Shown here in pieces: positions 23,592 through 35,706 of a stretch of DNA of 64,000 nt. The DNA is from Rhizodiscina lignyota. Lineage: Eukaryota. The notes under the pieces are model-generated. The model did no database searches, was not told the origin of the DNA, and saw nothing but the letters and a program-made list of their open reading frames with translations. The stretch is taken from assembly GCA_010015805.1 (NCBI GenBank), contig ML978133.1, positions 744,001-808,000 on the forward strand. The letters are read 5' to 3'. The first letter of the stretch is position 1, and every line of letters starts with the position of its first letter. The position numbers and the translations under genes are program-made.

Positions 23592-24356
23592 ATGGCGTCC
23601 ATCAAAAAACCATCCTACGCGAAAGAGCCCGAAAAATTCCCCTGGGAACAACCTACCCCCACAGGTCCCTTCTGGATCGACATCAGCGAGCGCCTCTCCT
23701 CGCAATTCCTCAGCATCTGGGGAACCGACGGACTTGCTGAGCTACCACTCGACCCGCTGCTCAGCAAAGAAGACAAGATCCTGCTCTTCCGCCGACTGCT
23801 CGATGAGAAGCTTAAGCAGAGCGAGTCGACTACCCCGCCAGACCGCATGAGCGAAGACGACTTCAGACTGAACAGGAAAATGCACTTCGCCTTAATGTCG
23901 ACGTACACGGAGACGAAGGAATGGGCCGCCGCGCATGAAGCGGGAAAGGCGATGTCGAAGGCCTACGAGGCGCGGCATGGACGGCCGGATTTGGGCTCGC
24001 TGAACACAATGGCGTGGACGGCGGAGAGAATGGGAGAGTATGCATTGGCGGACACTTTGTGCTTGGAGAGTCTGCCCCACTTGAAGAGGCATGATGTGCT
24101 AGGGCCGGACAGCCCACAGGTGCTGGGGACAATGAGATTGAGGATGCTGATCTTGGGGAAGATAGGACGAATTGTGGAGGCGAAGGAGCTGAATAAGCAA
24201 GGATATAGGGTGATTGAGAGCATGAAGGGAGGCAAGTTTGAGAAGTACTACGAAGAGGAGATTGAGGCGATGAATGAGATTCGATCGCAGCTGGAGAAAG
24301 CGGAGGTAACAAAGGAGACCATTCCAGAGGATTGGGAACCAGAAGGATCGGCTTGA
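23592..24356 (+). CDS. Hypothetical protein with TPR-like (kinesin light chain-type) helices
   Basis: 254-aa ORF with good start context (aaaATGG). SLNTMAW...GEYALAD and LGPDSPQVLGTM resemble TPR_10/12 repeats. Confidence 0.7.
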   Translation: MASIKKPSYAKEPEKFPWEQPTPTGPFWIDISERLSSQFLSIWGTDGLAELPLDPLLSKEDKILLFRRLLDEKLKQSESTTPPDRMSEDDFRLNRKMHFALMSTYTETKEWAAAHEAGKAMSKAYEARHGRPDLGSLNTMAWTAERMGEYALADTLCLESLPHLKRHDVLGPDSPQVLGTMRLRMLILGKIGRIVEAKELNKQGYRVIESMKGGKFEKYYEEEIEAMNEIRSQLEKAEVTKETIPEDWEPEGSA

Positions 24357-24446
24357 ACGATGCTGAACACCATGCCGAAATTTTATTCGTATCTACATGC
24401 GAGCTACATTGCGAAATTGAATAGCGAAAAGGTATAGCTCTATATT

Positions 24447-25726
24447 TTAAATAATGGAACCATTGCGTGGAATGCCATCAGCAATTTGGTCTCCAATGAC
24501 ATCAATGAGCGCCTCCCACAAGCCTCTGTTGTGGCTGTCCGGGTTACCGCTGTGGAACAAAAAGTGGTGAGCGTCCCAGTAGCAAGACCCGCCTCCAGGA
24601 CCATTCAGAGCCCGGCCGTCAACAATATCACCGGACTGGTAAAGAGCCGGCTGCCTTGTGTACGGGCCGGTAAGCTTATCGGCGACGGCGTATCCCTGGG
24701 TGTAGTTGACTGTGGCGAAGCATCCGGAGCTGTAGAACAGGATGTAGTTTCCATTCGGGGCCTTCACAATATTAGGGGCCTCGACGATGCCTTGGTCCGG
24801 AGCGCCAATGTTGTCGAAGATTACCACCGATTCTCCCTGTGTCGTCACGCCATCGGCAGCTACCTTAAGCAGCACAATCGGGGTCGCGACGATAGGTTGC
24901 ACCTAATAAGGAGTGAGTCTCTCCTTCCATACGATTAGGCATGTTTTGAGTACGTACAGTGTTTCCGCAAGCGCCTCCGTGGCCTTTGGTGTTGCCATCG
25001 ATCTTATAGACAACATAACGCTGGCCACCTTTGCCTCCACCCCACCACTGGGGCTGTGTCCAGGAGTTAGAGTTTTCGTCTTGCACCTCTGTCTGACCCT
25101 GGTAGCCCCATCCTTGGCCCTTCTGGTCCCAGTCTTTGAAGCCTGCGGCATCAATTGCTCCACCTTGGTCGATGGGGCAGGCGATTGTTGTGTTCAGCGG
25201 GCTGTATGGACCCTTAACAGTCTTTGATGTTGCGGCGCCAATGCAGTGGAGCCCACCGCCAACTGCCTTAGTCGTGGCAGCGCTGAAATACATGAGGTAA
25301 GAGCCGTCGTCCTGTTTAGACTTAGCGTTCAATCATTGAACTGCATGCAGAATTGGCTGATCTTACCAGCACGTTCACATCAGGAGCCCAGGTGATCGGA
25401 GCATTGTGGTCGATCCATGAGGGAAGGCCTGCCGTGGGCAGGGCATCGAAACCGTCCAACTTGGTCCAGTCCTGGAAGTCCGGAGAAGTAGCGACTTGGA
25501 TATTAATGTCATCGTGGCTGGTTGCAAAAGCCCACCATGTGCTGCCAACCTTGATTATAGATGGGTCGGCAAAACTCTCAGCGATGACAGGTCCATGAGT
25601 AAAAGTATCATTGGGACTGAAGCTCTCAGTTTTTTGCTGTCTGACCGTGAGGTACGGACGACCTCCGAGGCCGTAGGCCTGGAGAGCAAACAGGGAGCTA
25701 ATGAGAAAGAAGAGAGAGGACAACAT
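24447..25726 (-). CDS. Secreted glycoside hydrolase family 43 (3 exons)
   Basis: Signal peptide MLSSLFFLISSLFALQAYG, catalytic-blade motifs FADPSII, WAPDV, GGAIDAAGF, IVEAP, GPGGG. Confidence 0.92.
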
Positions 25727-27191
25727 GTCGAATGGTATTATGACGTGTTGACTAAGCGAAGGGCTCACGCAAAGGAAGCGAGAGTGTAATGCGCCCGAAG
25801 GAACGGCGCGCACGATCTGCAAACAAGAAACGTCTAGAGAAACAAATAGGAGTTAAGGAAACCAACAGCGAACAGAAGGTGAGCGAGATACTCCATATAC
25901 ATATGCTGAGGTACCCTCGCAAGCAGCATCCCACAGGTACCACGGACCAATGGACAGGGTGGAGACTAAAGTAGATTGGATATTACTTTCTTTGCTCATC
26001 CTTAAGCATAAGGCGTTAGCGAGAAGAACGAGCGAGGTACTTCGCCGTTCGTTGACGTGGTTTCAAACAAGCTAGTTTCCCGCATGAGTGAGACCTCGAA
26101 ATTGGGTGTGGCTGTGGTCGGACGAATAAGGTTATTGCTGGCGGTCGCCCCTCTTCCCTCGGAGAACCTATCAAGCTATGCAGACACCTTAGTTTCTACG
26201 TCGAATAGCGACGCTTTCCATGTCTCAAGGCGTTTCCGGAAGTATTATCGGTGTTTTCTGCATGGCTCTTCAGCTGCGGGTGAATTTGGAACCGCCTCCG
26301 CTGTACACTGTATTTGACGTCAGAAGTGGAACGCCTATTTTCAGGATCAGCTAGAATGATCAGAGAGGAAGTTGGTTCGACATCGCTAGGTCCTTGTCAT
26401 CGCAGTCAGCAGATTGTACTATGATTGTCGAACGGTGACCTCTGGGCCCCACCTCCAGCGGCTCTTTGCAAGGATGAAGCTTGTGGCACCAGGAACAATC
26501 TCATGAGTCGTGAATATCAACGTGACGATCACAGCGCGATGTTGAGATGATGAACATATCGAGTGCGTTCTGTCAGCGAGTGGATGCATGTCAGATGGTG
26601 TGCCCGGCCAGGACGGCGAAAGCAGGTCTGAAGCGGAGCTCCGTTTCTTCAACCTTGAGCTCTTGCACAAAGCTTGATTTTGTGGTACTATAGTACAATA
26701 GATTTGTGCCGCGTAACGTACCCAGTTATGCAAGTTTCAGGTGTGTGGAGAGTTGAGCGTTGGAAGAGGCAGTGCCAGCGAAGTCACGCTAGCCCGTATG
26801 GGACAAGCCACGACTATCAAAGGTGAACTCTATGAATGCAACAGAAGAGCCTTTGTAGGAAATGAATCTTGTGAGAAAGGTAAGTTAACTGTAATCGGTT
26901 CATGTACACCATCAAGTTTCCGTTTCGTGTGAGATCCAATGCCCCCCTCTGGTTAGTTGGGGCCCACACCGCGTCAACAATTTTGAAATAAGTACCTACA
27001 AAGTACAGTATCTCAACCCGGTATCAAGAATGGCGTATGCAAGGGGCAGGCAGTCCTATTGTTCGGCTCTTGACTTGATGTGTCAGATCTTCTTGATATA
27101 GCGAGAGATAGACCTCATATAAACTCCGTTTCTGTTCTTGGACGTGAAAAACGCAGGAGTGCAGTCTCCACTGAGTTGCCTGTCATCACGT

Positions 27192-27926
27192 CTACTCCGT
27201 GTAAGGAGGCGGAGCAATGCTCGACGTCCCGCTACCAGTGGCGCTACTACTTGTACCAGTTGCTGTCGAAGTACCTAATGTATGTTGTCGTTCGGACTTC
27301 TCAAATACCCGCGTAAAGAGTGCTATTTCGTTCCCCAGTTGTCCCGTTGCTCGGGCCTTGGCCTCCTCCCACTCTCCAGGCTTCAGAACCAAATTGGCGA
27401 AATAACCTCTGTTGAACCTACGAACAGTCAGTATCAGTGTCAAAGACCGGGCGACAGTGTCTACTTACAGCACATATATCGTCCTGTCCCACAGGTGGCC
27501 GGCACTCATTACCAACGGGTGCGGAATCTCTTCCCGCGTCGGAGAATATATTGCATTTACCTCAAGGCTCAGTGTTAGTTCATAATACTTAATGTTTGGT
27601 ACGAAAGTCGCTTACCAACGCTCGGTAACGGAAACGTTCCTCCCATGATACTTTTCGTTTTTCGGCATGACGGTATAGAGCACACACCAAATGAATCGAC
27701 GCCGTCTCTCTTTCGCGGCCGCTTTATTCCATTCTTTCCGCAGTCTGTTCCATTCCCGATAATTGGGCTCTCCGATTGTTAACGCCAAAACGGAGGCAAG
27801 GTAGATGAAAATCGTGACCAGAAAGAATAGCAACATAAGTCCGAGAGGAATGCCTATGAGACCACCAAGCACACCCAGTACGATACGGGTCCATTCTGGA
27901 GGTTTGTTGTTCGGTATGGGAGCCAT
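27192..27926 (-). CDS. Small membrane protein of unknown function (multi-exon; C-terminal PPPY motif)
   Basis: Long hydrophobic segment after MAPIPNN, GTAAGC donor at ~27614 and a last exon ending APPPYTE*. The middle exon structure is uncertain. Confidence 0.55.
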
Positions 27927-28286
27927 TCTGCGAATGACGTGATTCGAATGTTCTTCAGTGTGTCAAACGCGAGGTACACTCGAGAGGACTGCAAGTTTGT
28001 CAAGAATATCTTCGATCAAAGTATATCGAGAGCGCGTTGATGAACGGTTCTGAAAACTGGTCTAGTCCATACTTCCTACACTACAACAAATCATTTGATG
28101 TTTGTTTGGATTGGCTGTCCTAGGATTGGCTGTGGTTAATTGGCGGTGCGGAGGCTCTTGTCCACTGCAATCCTTCGACTTTGAATTCTCTCGTCCCAAT
28201 AATGTGGCTAGCTGCTACGCCAATCTTCAGTAAAACAACCATCTCAACCAACTGTCATCTCAAATTGATAGAACCTTCAGTGGTAG

Positions 28287-28790
28287 CCGAATGAGTATTT
28301 CGCCTCAACAACATACAAGCGCAAATGCCACTGCGCTGCTCTTCGCTTCACGGTTATCCTCTCGCCCCCTCTCCAGGGTGGATACTCGATCGGCCATTGC
28401 AATTGCTCCATTTGCACGAAGAATAGGAATCCTCTCGCCCCCTCTCCAGGGTGGATACTCGATCGGCCATTGCAATTGCTCCATTTGCACGAAGAATAGG
28501 AATCCGCTCGCGTATCCCAGGAGAGAGGATGTGGTCTTCCAATCAGGTGAAGACAATATGAACGATTACCTGTTCGACGACATGCGCAAGCCGCTCCGTT
28601 TCTGCAAGACCTGCGGGACCTCAGTCCTCATCGACTTTTCAAATTCAAATTTCGAGAAGAAAGAGGAATTCACTGCCATCAATGTGAGCAGAGTGTCCTG
28701 TACTTGAGCCCTGGTCCATGCTTAGATGTTTCAAATTCGCGCTCTTGAAGGGATTGAGGTAATCAACCAAGTTGGGACATGTCCTAATAA
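28287..28790 (+). pseudogene. GFA/CENP-V (Mss4-like Zn-binding) family gene disrupted by a 73-bp tandem duplication
   Basis: The CHC...CNCSIC...FCKTCG Zn motifs become contiguous only if one 73-bp copy is removed. The ends are approximate. Confidence 0.75.
28356..28501 (+). repeat. Perfect 73-bp tandem duplication (28356-28428 and 28429-28501)
   Basis: atcctctcgccccctctccagggtggatactcgatcggccattgcaattgctccatttgcacgaagaatagga occurs twice, followed by the microhomology atccgctcgc. Confidence 0.97.
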
Positions 28791-28964
28791 TAGCCAAATA
28801 TCGCGGCCTCTTTTTGTGTTACTGAACTGCTGAAAACATTTTCAGCAAAGGGAAACCCAGGTGGATAATTTAAGCGATACAAGCGAACCTGCGGCCGTAC
28901 AAGATTAGAATTTTCAATCGCCCCCACCCAGGCCCTTCACATAATACAAAAAGCAAATGAAGCT

Positions 28965-30719
28965 TTACGAAGCCGCACTTTCGGCCGCCTGATTTCCTGG
29001 GTTTCGTCTGTTGAGCACCGCCACACCCTCCACATGTCCCGTCTGAGGGAAGAAGTCGAATCCCCTGAGGCTCTCAATCTCATATGTCACATCACCTCCA
29101 TCGTCCAGCCCGTTAACCATCATACCCACATCCCTCGCCTGTGTGTGCACATTGCAACTCACATAGACGATTCTTGCCGGAGCGTAGCGCATCAGCTGCC
29201 GGATAAAATCTTCATCGCATCCCTTGCGTGGCGGGTCAATGATCACGACAGCTTCCTCTGACTGAAACTTGACACTTGCGAAGAGCTCCTTTGCGTCGGC
29301 TGCGATGAACTCGGCCTGAGACTCGGGGAGCTTGTTCAATCGGGCGTTTTCGTTAGCAGATGTAATGGACGAGTCGGAGATGTCGATGCCGATGGTTTTC
29401 GTGAAGAGAGATGCGAGTGTGATACTGAAGAGGCCGCTTCCACAATATGCATCGATGAGGTATTTGAGCTTGGGGGTTGCCTCCCCTGACGCAGGAGGGA
29501 GTACGTTCTCGCGAACGAAGGATGTGAATGGCGAGAGTATTGAATTGTTGTTTTGAAAGAACGCACCAGCCCGATTAGTGAAGACGAACGAATCGATGTA
29601 TTCGGTGGTCTTCGCATTCGAATCCGTGACACAAGTCTTATAGTCTGTGTAGCCCTCTTTGGCATCTTCCACAGCATCTTTCGGGATATTTGCAGCGCCG
29701 TTGCTCGTTGGAGAAGCGCTGCCGTCCTCTTTTGAGGAGACTCGCACAGTACTTTCTCTCAAAAGGAGAGTGGCGCCGCGTTTAAAAGAATTCAGCTCAT
29801 CTGCAACTCGTTTTCGCTCTTTCTTCATCCCCATTCGCACAGCACCAGTCCCAATTGGACAATCTTCAATATCCATGGTCTTCCTCGACCCCTTTGGCAT
29901 GAAGCCAATTGCAGGGACTTCCTTAAACGTCTCGTGGATGCCTCTACGTCGGTCACTTCTTTTGCTATCTGGTGGACCATCAAAGTGCGGCGTCAGCTTT
30001 GTGCGATAACCGTACTGTAACGGAGATCCAATGGTCGCCCGAACGGTGGGAATATTTTCTGGACGGATTTCGGAGAAGTTCTTGAAAGCTTTTTCAACGA
30101 TCCGCCGCTTGTGTTCGAGCTGCTCATCGTAGGAGAGCATTTGGAACTGACAGCCTGCACATTTTGCGAAGTAACCACATTGAATGAGACCATCATCGCG
30201 TAATGGCGATGGTCTGATTACTTCCAAGAAATCGGTGACGGTGTGCGAAATGCCATGTGGTGCAGCATGACGGACGACCTTGGCTTTGACAGTGTCTTGT
30301 GGTACAGTGTACGGAACTGTATACACTTCTCCGCTCTCAGGATCGTATGCGAGTCCATCGCCTGTAGAAGAAAGCTCGGAGATTGTTAATTCGACCTCTG
30401 TGCCGTATTCTAACTGCTTGCGCTCTGTTGAACCTTGCTCTTTCTCGCCATCAAATGCCAACTTCGACAACATGTTCTTGATATCAGTAAGCAGCACGGC
30501 TTCATGCGAGCCATCTTTCAAGTCGACGTCTTTCGACGCCTTCTGCTTCTTGTTCTTGAATCTGTACCCGCCTCGATGCTTGCGCTTTTCTCCATGCTGC
30601 TCGGTTCGCGCTGAGTCTGCGACTGAAGAAGCCATTGTGAGATATTTCGCAATTGAGATCTTAGCCTGGCGTGAAATCAGTGGTTTCTGGCATAATCTGA
30701 CCCCGAACTTGGCAAGCAT
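28965..30719 (-). CDS. TRM2: tRNA (uracil-5-)-methyltransferase, Trm2/TrmA family
   Basis: TRAM domain, CGYFAKCAGCQFQ, YGYRTKLTPHF, AFFQNNNSIL, IDAYCGSGLF, IIDPPRKG, VYVSCNVHTQARD, FDFFPQTGHVE. Confidence 0.95.
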   Translation of the reverse strand: MLAKFGVRLCQKPLISRQAKISIAKYLTMASSVADSARTEQHGEKRKHRGGYRFKNKKQKASKDVDLKDGSHEAVLLTDIKNMLSKLAFDGEKEQGSTERKQLEYGTEVELTISELSSTGDGLAYDPESGEVYTVPYTVPQDTVKAKVVRHAAPHGISHTVTDFLEVIRPSPLRDDGLIQCGYFAKCAGCQFQMLSYDEQLEHKRRIVEKAFKNFSEIRPENIPTVRATIGSPLQYGYRTKLTPHFDGPPDSKRSDRRRGIHETFKEVPAIGFMPKGSRKTMDIEDCPIGTGAVRMGMKKERKRVADELNSFKRGATLLLRESTVRVSSKEDGSASPTSNGAANIPKDAVEDAKEGYTDYKTCVTDSNAKTTEYIDSFVFTNRAGAFFQNNNSILSPFTSFVRENVLPPASGEATPKLKYLIDAYCGSGLFSITLASLFTKTIGIDISDSSITSANENARLNKLPESQAEFIAADAKELFASVKFQSEEAVVIIDPPRKGCDEDFIRQLMRYAPARIVYVSCNVHTQARDVGMMVNGLDDGGDVTYEIESLRGFDFFPQTGHVEGVAVLNRRNPGNQAAESAAS

Positions 30720-30883
30720 GTATTATCGTCGTGGCGTTGTAGAGGGAAAGCTCAGAGCTAAGGTTGCGGCTCAAATTTATGGCCCAAAATTTCTCGAATC
30801 GTGAAAAACCTCCGCCTGCAACTCCGACTCCACAAAACCTTCAATTGGCCACTACCACAACCATCTCTACACATGCTAACGTG

Positions 30884-32030
30884 ATGAGCACCTCGCGACC
30901 AGCAAAATGGTTCCTCTCAGCCATCCGAAGATCAAATCCCTCTCAGCCATCACCGCGACGAAGCTTCCACACGACATCAACGCACCTCCGATCCCTACCC
31001 TCCCTCCCTCCAACCCCCGAACAGCGTGCCCAAAAGGCTCAAGCCCGAACAGAACAAGTTAGACAACGTGCGCAGGAGATCAGACGCTATACCGATGAAG
31101 AGAAAGTAGCCCTCCACCACCTCTACACACCACAGCAGGTGGAAGCCCTCCTCGCCGCTGAAGATGCCATCGATGCGCAAGACCTCGTCACGCAGGGCGA
31201 GATGCGCAGCGATCCTGCGGCATTGCGGTACTTAGATGATCTTGCGAGTATTGATCCAGTGCTGGATAAGCTTTCGCAGGGCCCCGAGATAAAATATGGC
31301 ATGGAAGACAGCTCGTCCTCCCGAGCCGCAGACTCTGCGGCCGAGCGACAGAGCAAGAGCAAGAGCAGCGAAAGCGCCGCGGAGAAGGCAAAGAGGAAAC
31401 TTGCGGAGGCAGATGAGGACCCCCATTTGCGCCGACTCATCCAACAGACTGGCTTCACGGCCGAGCAGATCCGCAAGTTCCGCGTCAAGACGCTTGTGCA
31501 GCACGCTGTCGTGAACCAGACGCGCATGGGGAAGATACGGAGTCTGTATTTCCTCACCATTGCCGGGAACGGGAATGGACTGTTGGGGATCGGCGAGGGC
31601 AAGGCGACGGAGAATGAGGACGGCCAGAGGCAGAGCATTATGGCGGCGATCAGAAACATGAAGCCCGTGCATCGATATGAGTCTCGTACGATATATGGGG
31701 AGGTGGAGGGGAAGGTCGGTGCTGTGGAGGTGAAGTTGAGTGCGAGACCACCTGGTATGATACTTCTTCCTTTTTAAAGTTCTTAATCCGTGCTAACTAG
31801 TATGCGTAGGATTTGGCAATCGTTGCCAGCATCTCATCTTCGAGATGGCTCGAGCCGCCGGAATCAGCGACCTTGCCGCACGCGTACCGCGCTCAAGAAA
31901 CAAAATGAACGTCTGCAAAGCCACATTGCAAGCTTTGCAGAGTCAGAAGCTTCCTGAGGACATTGCCCGCGCAAGAGGGCTGAAGATGGTGGATGCTCGA
32001 AAGGTGTACTATGCTGGAAAGGTCTATTAG
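30884..32030 (+). CDS. MRPS5: Mitochondrial ribosomal protein uS5m (intron ~31755-31809)
   Basis: Presequence-like N-terminus, VVNQTRMGKIRS, IAGNGNGLLGIGEGK, RYESRTIYG, ARPPG|FGNRCQHLIFEMARAAGISDL. Confidence 0.93.
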
Positions 32031-33521
32031 AAGGATCTTTACGGAAGCCGAATGTAGAGGCGGTGCATTTGAAAGGCGTATCATTTGTTGGCATAGCGTC
32101 GTTGACGGGCCAGAAGTGCCGTCTGTATCATATCCATCTGTACATATAAGTGCATCCACTTCCAGATATAACAACCTTTCTATAACCCTGGGTATCATGT
32201 TCCTGCCAAACTCCATCCCAAACCTAATATATGCATCCGGAACGCGCAATCATGAGTTCTGCGTCAATGGCCGGCCGTTCTGTCCTACTCTCCATCTCTT
32301 CTTTCTTCCTCCTCTCCAAATATTTGCTGCTGGAGCACAATACTATACACACTCGCCTTCAACAGCGTAAAGACTAAGCTCGTCTTCCTCTCCAGTCCCC
32401 TCAATCCATCTAATATCTCGGCACTCGGTCTCGCAGAGAGGTCGGACAGAAGGGACGACAGCTGTCACACAAGTCAGCTGGAGGCGAAGCAAACGTCGAC
32501 CGAAGTGTTATGATAAAAGGAGCACAAATGCAGACGCATACGCCAGAATTAGAGACGTGGAGAGAGACATACATTGTTCAGATTGCCCAGCAGCCTCGCG
32601 TACTCATCCAGCACTTCTTGTTCTAGCGGCGTGAGAGTCTCTCGGTCTTCTGAGTCTCCGCTGCTGCGTAGGCTATTTTGTAGGTCGTGTGATGTCGATG
32701 TTGCCATTGTGAATTGAGGATGGTCTGTCGAAGAATATCGAGACTTCGTGAAAGGCGGAAGCTGTGGCTCGCAAACGACCTCGGCGCGGGGTATGCGGTT
32801 TTATCAGATTGTATGCCCAGATGGAAGTGCAACCGTAAGGCTCGTGAAACTTCTGATGTCTTCAATGGCGTCTTGCGACTCACGCGTTTAGACGCGTTTC
32901 CCATGTGTTCATCGGAACAACCTCGGCGATGTGGAGAACAAATCAGGCTTCAAGCTGGTAATCACGAAAGGACATCCACCCAATGCTGACGAATCGAATT
33001 CTCAATCTTCTCAATTGTTTCAATTCTACATCCATCATCCGAGATAGTTGAGGGATCAGCTTTGCCGTCCAAGCAGACTTTCTCCTCTCCGCCAGTAGCA
33101 GTAGAAACAGAAGCAGACGCCATTAAGACAAGAAAGATCGCTCACAATTATGCTCCCCGACTCGCCAGACTCCAAACCAATGCTAATCAAAGGAGCGACT
33201 GCATGCGGAGAAGATAAACAATGACAGCAGAGACCAATTGAGAAAGAAAAGGGGGTTAGAGACACATTTTACAGAGGTTGTGCTGATCCGATGGCGCCGA
33301 TTTCCCATGCCATCACAGATAGCTGTAACACTTTGTGCGTGTGAACGGAGAGACATGCCATGCCCATAACCGCACGAGAGTCGAAATCTGGAAGCAGTCC
33401 AGCCATACTCTCTTGACTTGCTCAAATCTCCAGCGTGAAAACTCCGTCCAGTCTCCGCTAACCTCCGCACTCTCTATCCATATTTTTTCCACCCCACCCC
33501 AACCCCACCTCATCGGTACCT

Positions 33522-35706
33522 CTAATCCGTATCATCCTGCACATCATGCCCCCCATGATGCAGCGTCACACTATTAAACTCCTCAAACGGATCTGGCGCC
33601 TCAATCCCATCATTCCCGGGCGTCGCGAGTCCGCTATCCAGCGGCACACCCTTCACCTTGGCCGCACTGATATCCACACTTTGAGACTCTTTCACGTTGC
33701 GGAAGTTGACCGTGTCGACGCCGCGGCCCTGGTGTGGGATGATCGGGGGCTTGCTGTGGCGCAGCAACGCCCACGAGGTGTACTTGAAGAAGGGGTGCGA
33801 CTTGACGTCGCTTGCGCCGGCACGCGAGCCAAGGCGGCGCAGTTCGTCTTTGATGAGGAGTTTGCGGATGAGGGATTTGCAGAGACTAGAAGAAAACGCA
33901 CTGTTAGCATGGTTTACCAACACGCCGTTGGCCATGCACTTACTTGGAAACATTCGGCGCGCCTGAACCTTCAGGGAAGGGTACGTCGTCTCTCAGGATA
34001 TTTGCGAATGTCGCATTGCGGTTCTTGCCCTTGAACGGGGTCGTTCCGTACAACATCTCGTAAATGAGGATGCCCAGCGTCCACCAGTCAACGGCGCTAG
34101 TATGTCCGCATCCCTTGATAACTTCTGGCGCGATGTACTCCTCGGTGCCTACAAACGAGTTTGTGCGGAAATCGGCAATGCAGGACTTGGTGTCGATGAC
34201 GGGGCCAGAGTTGGCATGGCCGCCGTTGCGACCAAGGATCATGGTAGGCTGGCCACCTGGACCGGATTGTTTCGAAAGATCAAAGTCTGACAACATAATG
34301 TGGCCGGACTGGTGGAGGAGGATGTCTGCGGAAGTCAGCGCAGGGATACTTGGCCGTCGGGGTAATGCAACTCACTTTCTGGTTTTAGATCACGGTAGAT
34401 GAACCCCATGAGATGGAGGTATTCCAGGGCTGCTGTGACTTCGGCGGCATAGAAGCGGGCGGCGTCCTCATCGACGCACTTGTTGGGCCTTGTTTGGAGT
34501 GCTGGGGTATGTCAACATTCTATTCTGACGAGGAGGAATGTGTGCAATTACCTCTGAAGAATTCACCACCACTGCAGTATTCCATGCAGAGATATAGATG
34601 ATCTTCCGACTGGAAAGAGTGATATAATGTGACAATGAATGGGTGGTTGCTCGTCGCGAGAATCTCCTGCTCTGCTAGCGCTCGCTTGATCTTGTTCCGC
34701 TTGATCATTTCCTTCTTGCTGAGCACTATATTGACTGTCAGCGATTGATTTGTCGCAATAGTAATAGAAGAAAGAAGAACATGCCTTTCATGGCGTATAG
34801 TCTTGACGACTTCTTCTCTCGCACCAAATAGACCTTGCCAACGTCTCCCTTGCCAATCAACTTGATCTTGTCGAAACTGCCCGGTCCAACTTCCACGTTG
34901 CGCACCTTTATTGAATTCGAGCTGTAGGTCCTACGGAAAGCAATGGCATTCCGAATCTGTCCAGGTGAAGGGATTGTGCCATCCTCAGACGGAGGCACGG
35001 GCAGCAGATGGCCGCCAGTCGCCTGGTCCACCAGCGAGACTGTCGATTGAGCAGCATCGACCATAACCGGCTCCTTCGAGAGCTCCGCGGTCGACGGCCT
35101 ATCTCCGGTGCCAATGGATTTGGCTTTAGCAAATAGACCTTGTGCGTTCGGTGCGGAGGCCACGCGACGAAGCTTACGTGCCAATTCCTCCTTGCCAGCC
35201 GTCATGGCCTTGTCATTCGCACCGCTCACCGCTTCGACAGGCTTGGCGCTTTGTATCCGCGGAGTGTCGGGTGGCGATGGAGGCACGCTGCCCTCATTGT
35301 GATGTCGCAGCACGGGGGGCCCTTGGTGGACGAAATAAGGGTTCGCATTCGCGGTAGGGGAGAGGCCGTCATCTAGGGGGTTGCCCTCGCTGGCCACAGT
35401 CGTCGACCTGTTTCTGGTGATGTGCGGGAGGAATCTCGACTGTCTGAATGATGACTTCTGGTCCTTCTCCGACTTTGGTGTTGCGGCGCCGTCGCCGAGA
35501 TTGAGATGCTTGCTGTCCTTCTCCCCCTTCTCCTTCTCTGCGCTGCTCGAGCTGTTGATGCGGAAGAAGTTCTTGATCTTCTGGCTGACCTGGTTGTTCG
35601 ATCCGGAGATTTGCGAGTTGCTGGTAAGAGGGATGCCGGAGAAGGTGCGTTTCGATTTCTCGACGGGCAGGGTCGAGGCGTGGCTCGACGAGAACAGCTG
35701 TGTCAT
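33522..35706 (-). CDS. nrc-2: AGC-family Ser/Thr kinase, NRC-2/Kin82/Fpk1 type, multi-exon
   Basis: [78 protein letters not shown]. Confidence 0.95.

Noticed and set aside
30720..30883. Very short divergent promoters (TRM2/MRPS5 here; MRE11/RSM19 at 44049-44306)
   Set aside because: Common in compact fungal genomes and not evidence of a novel system.
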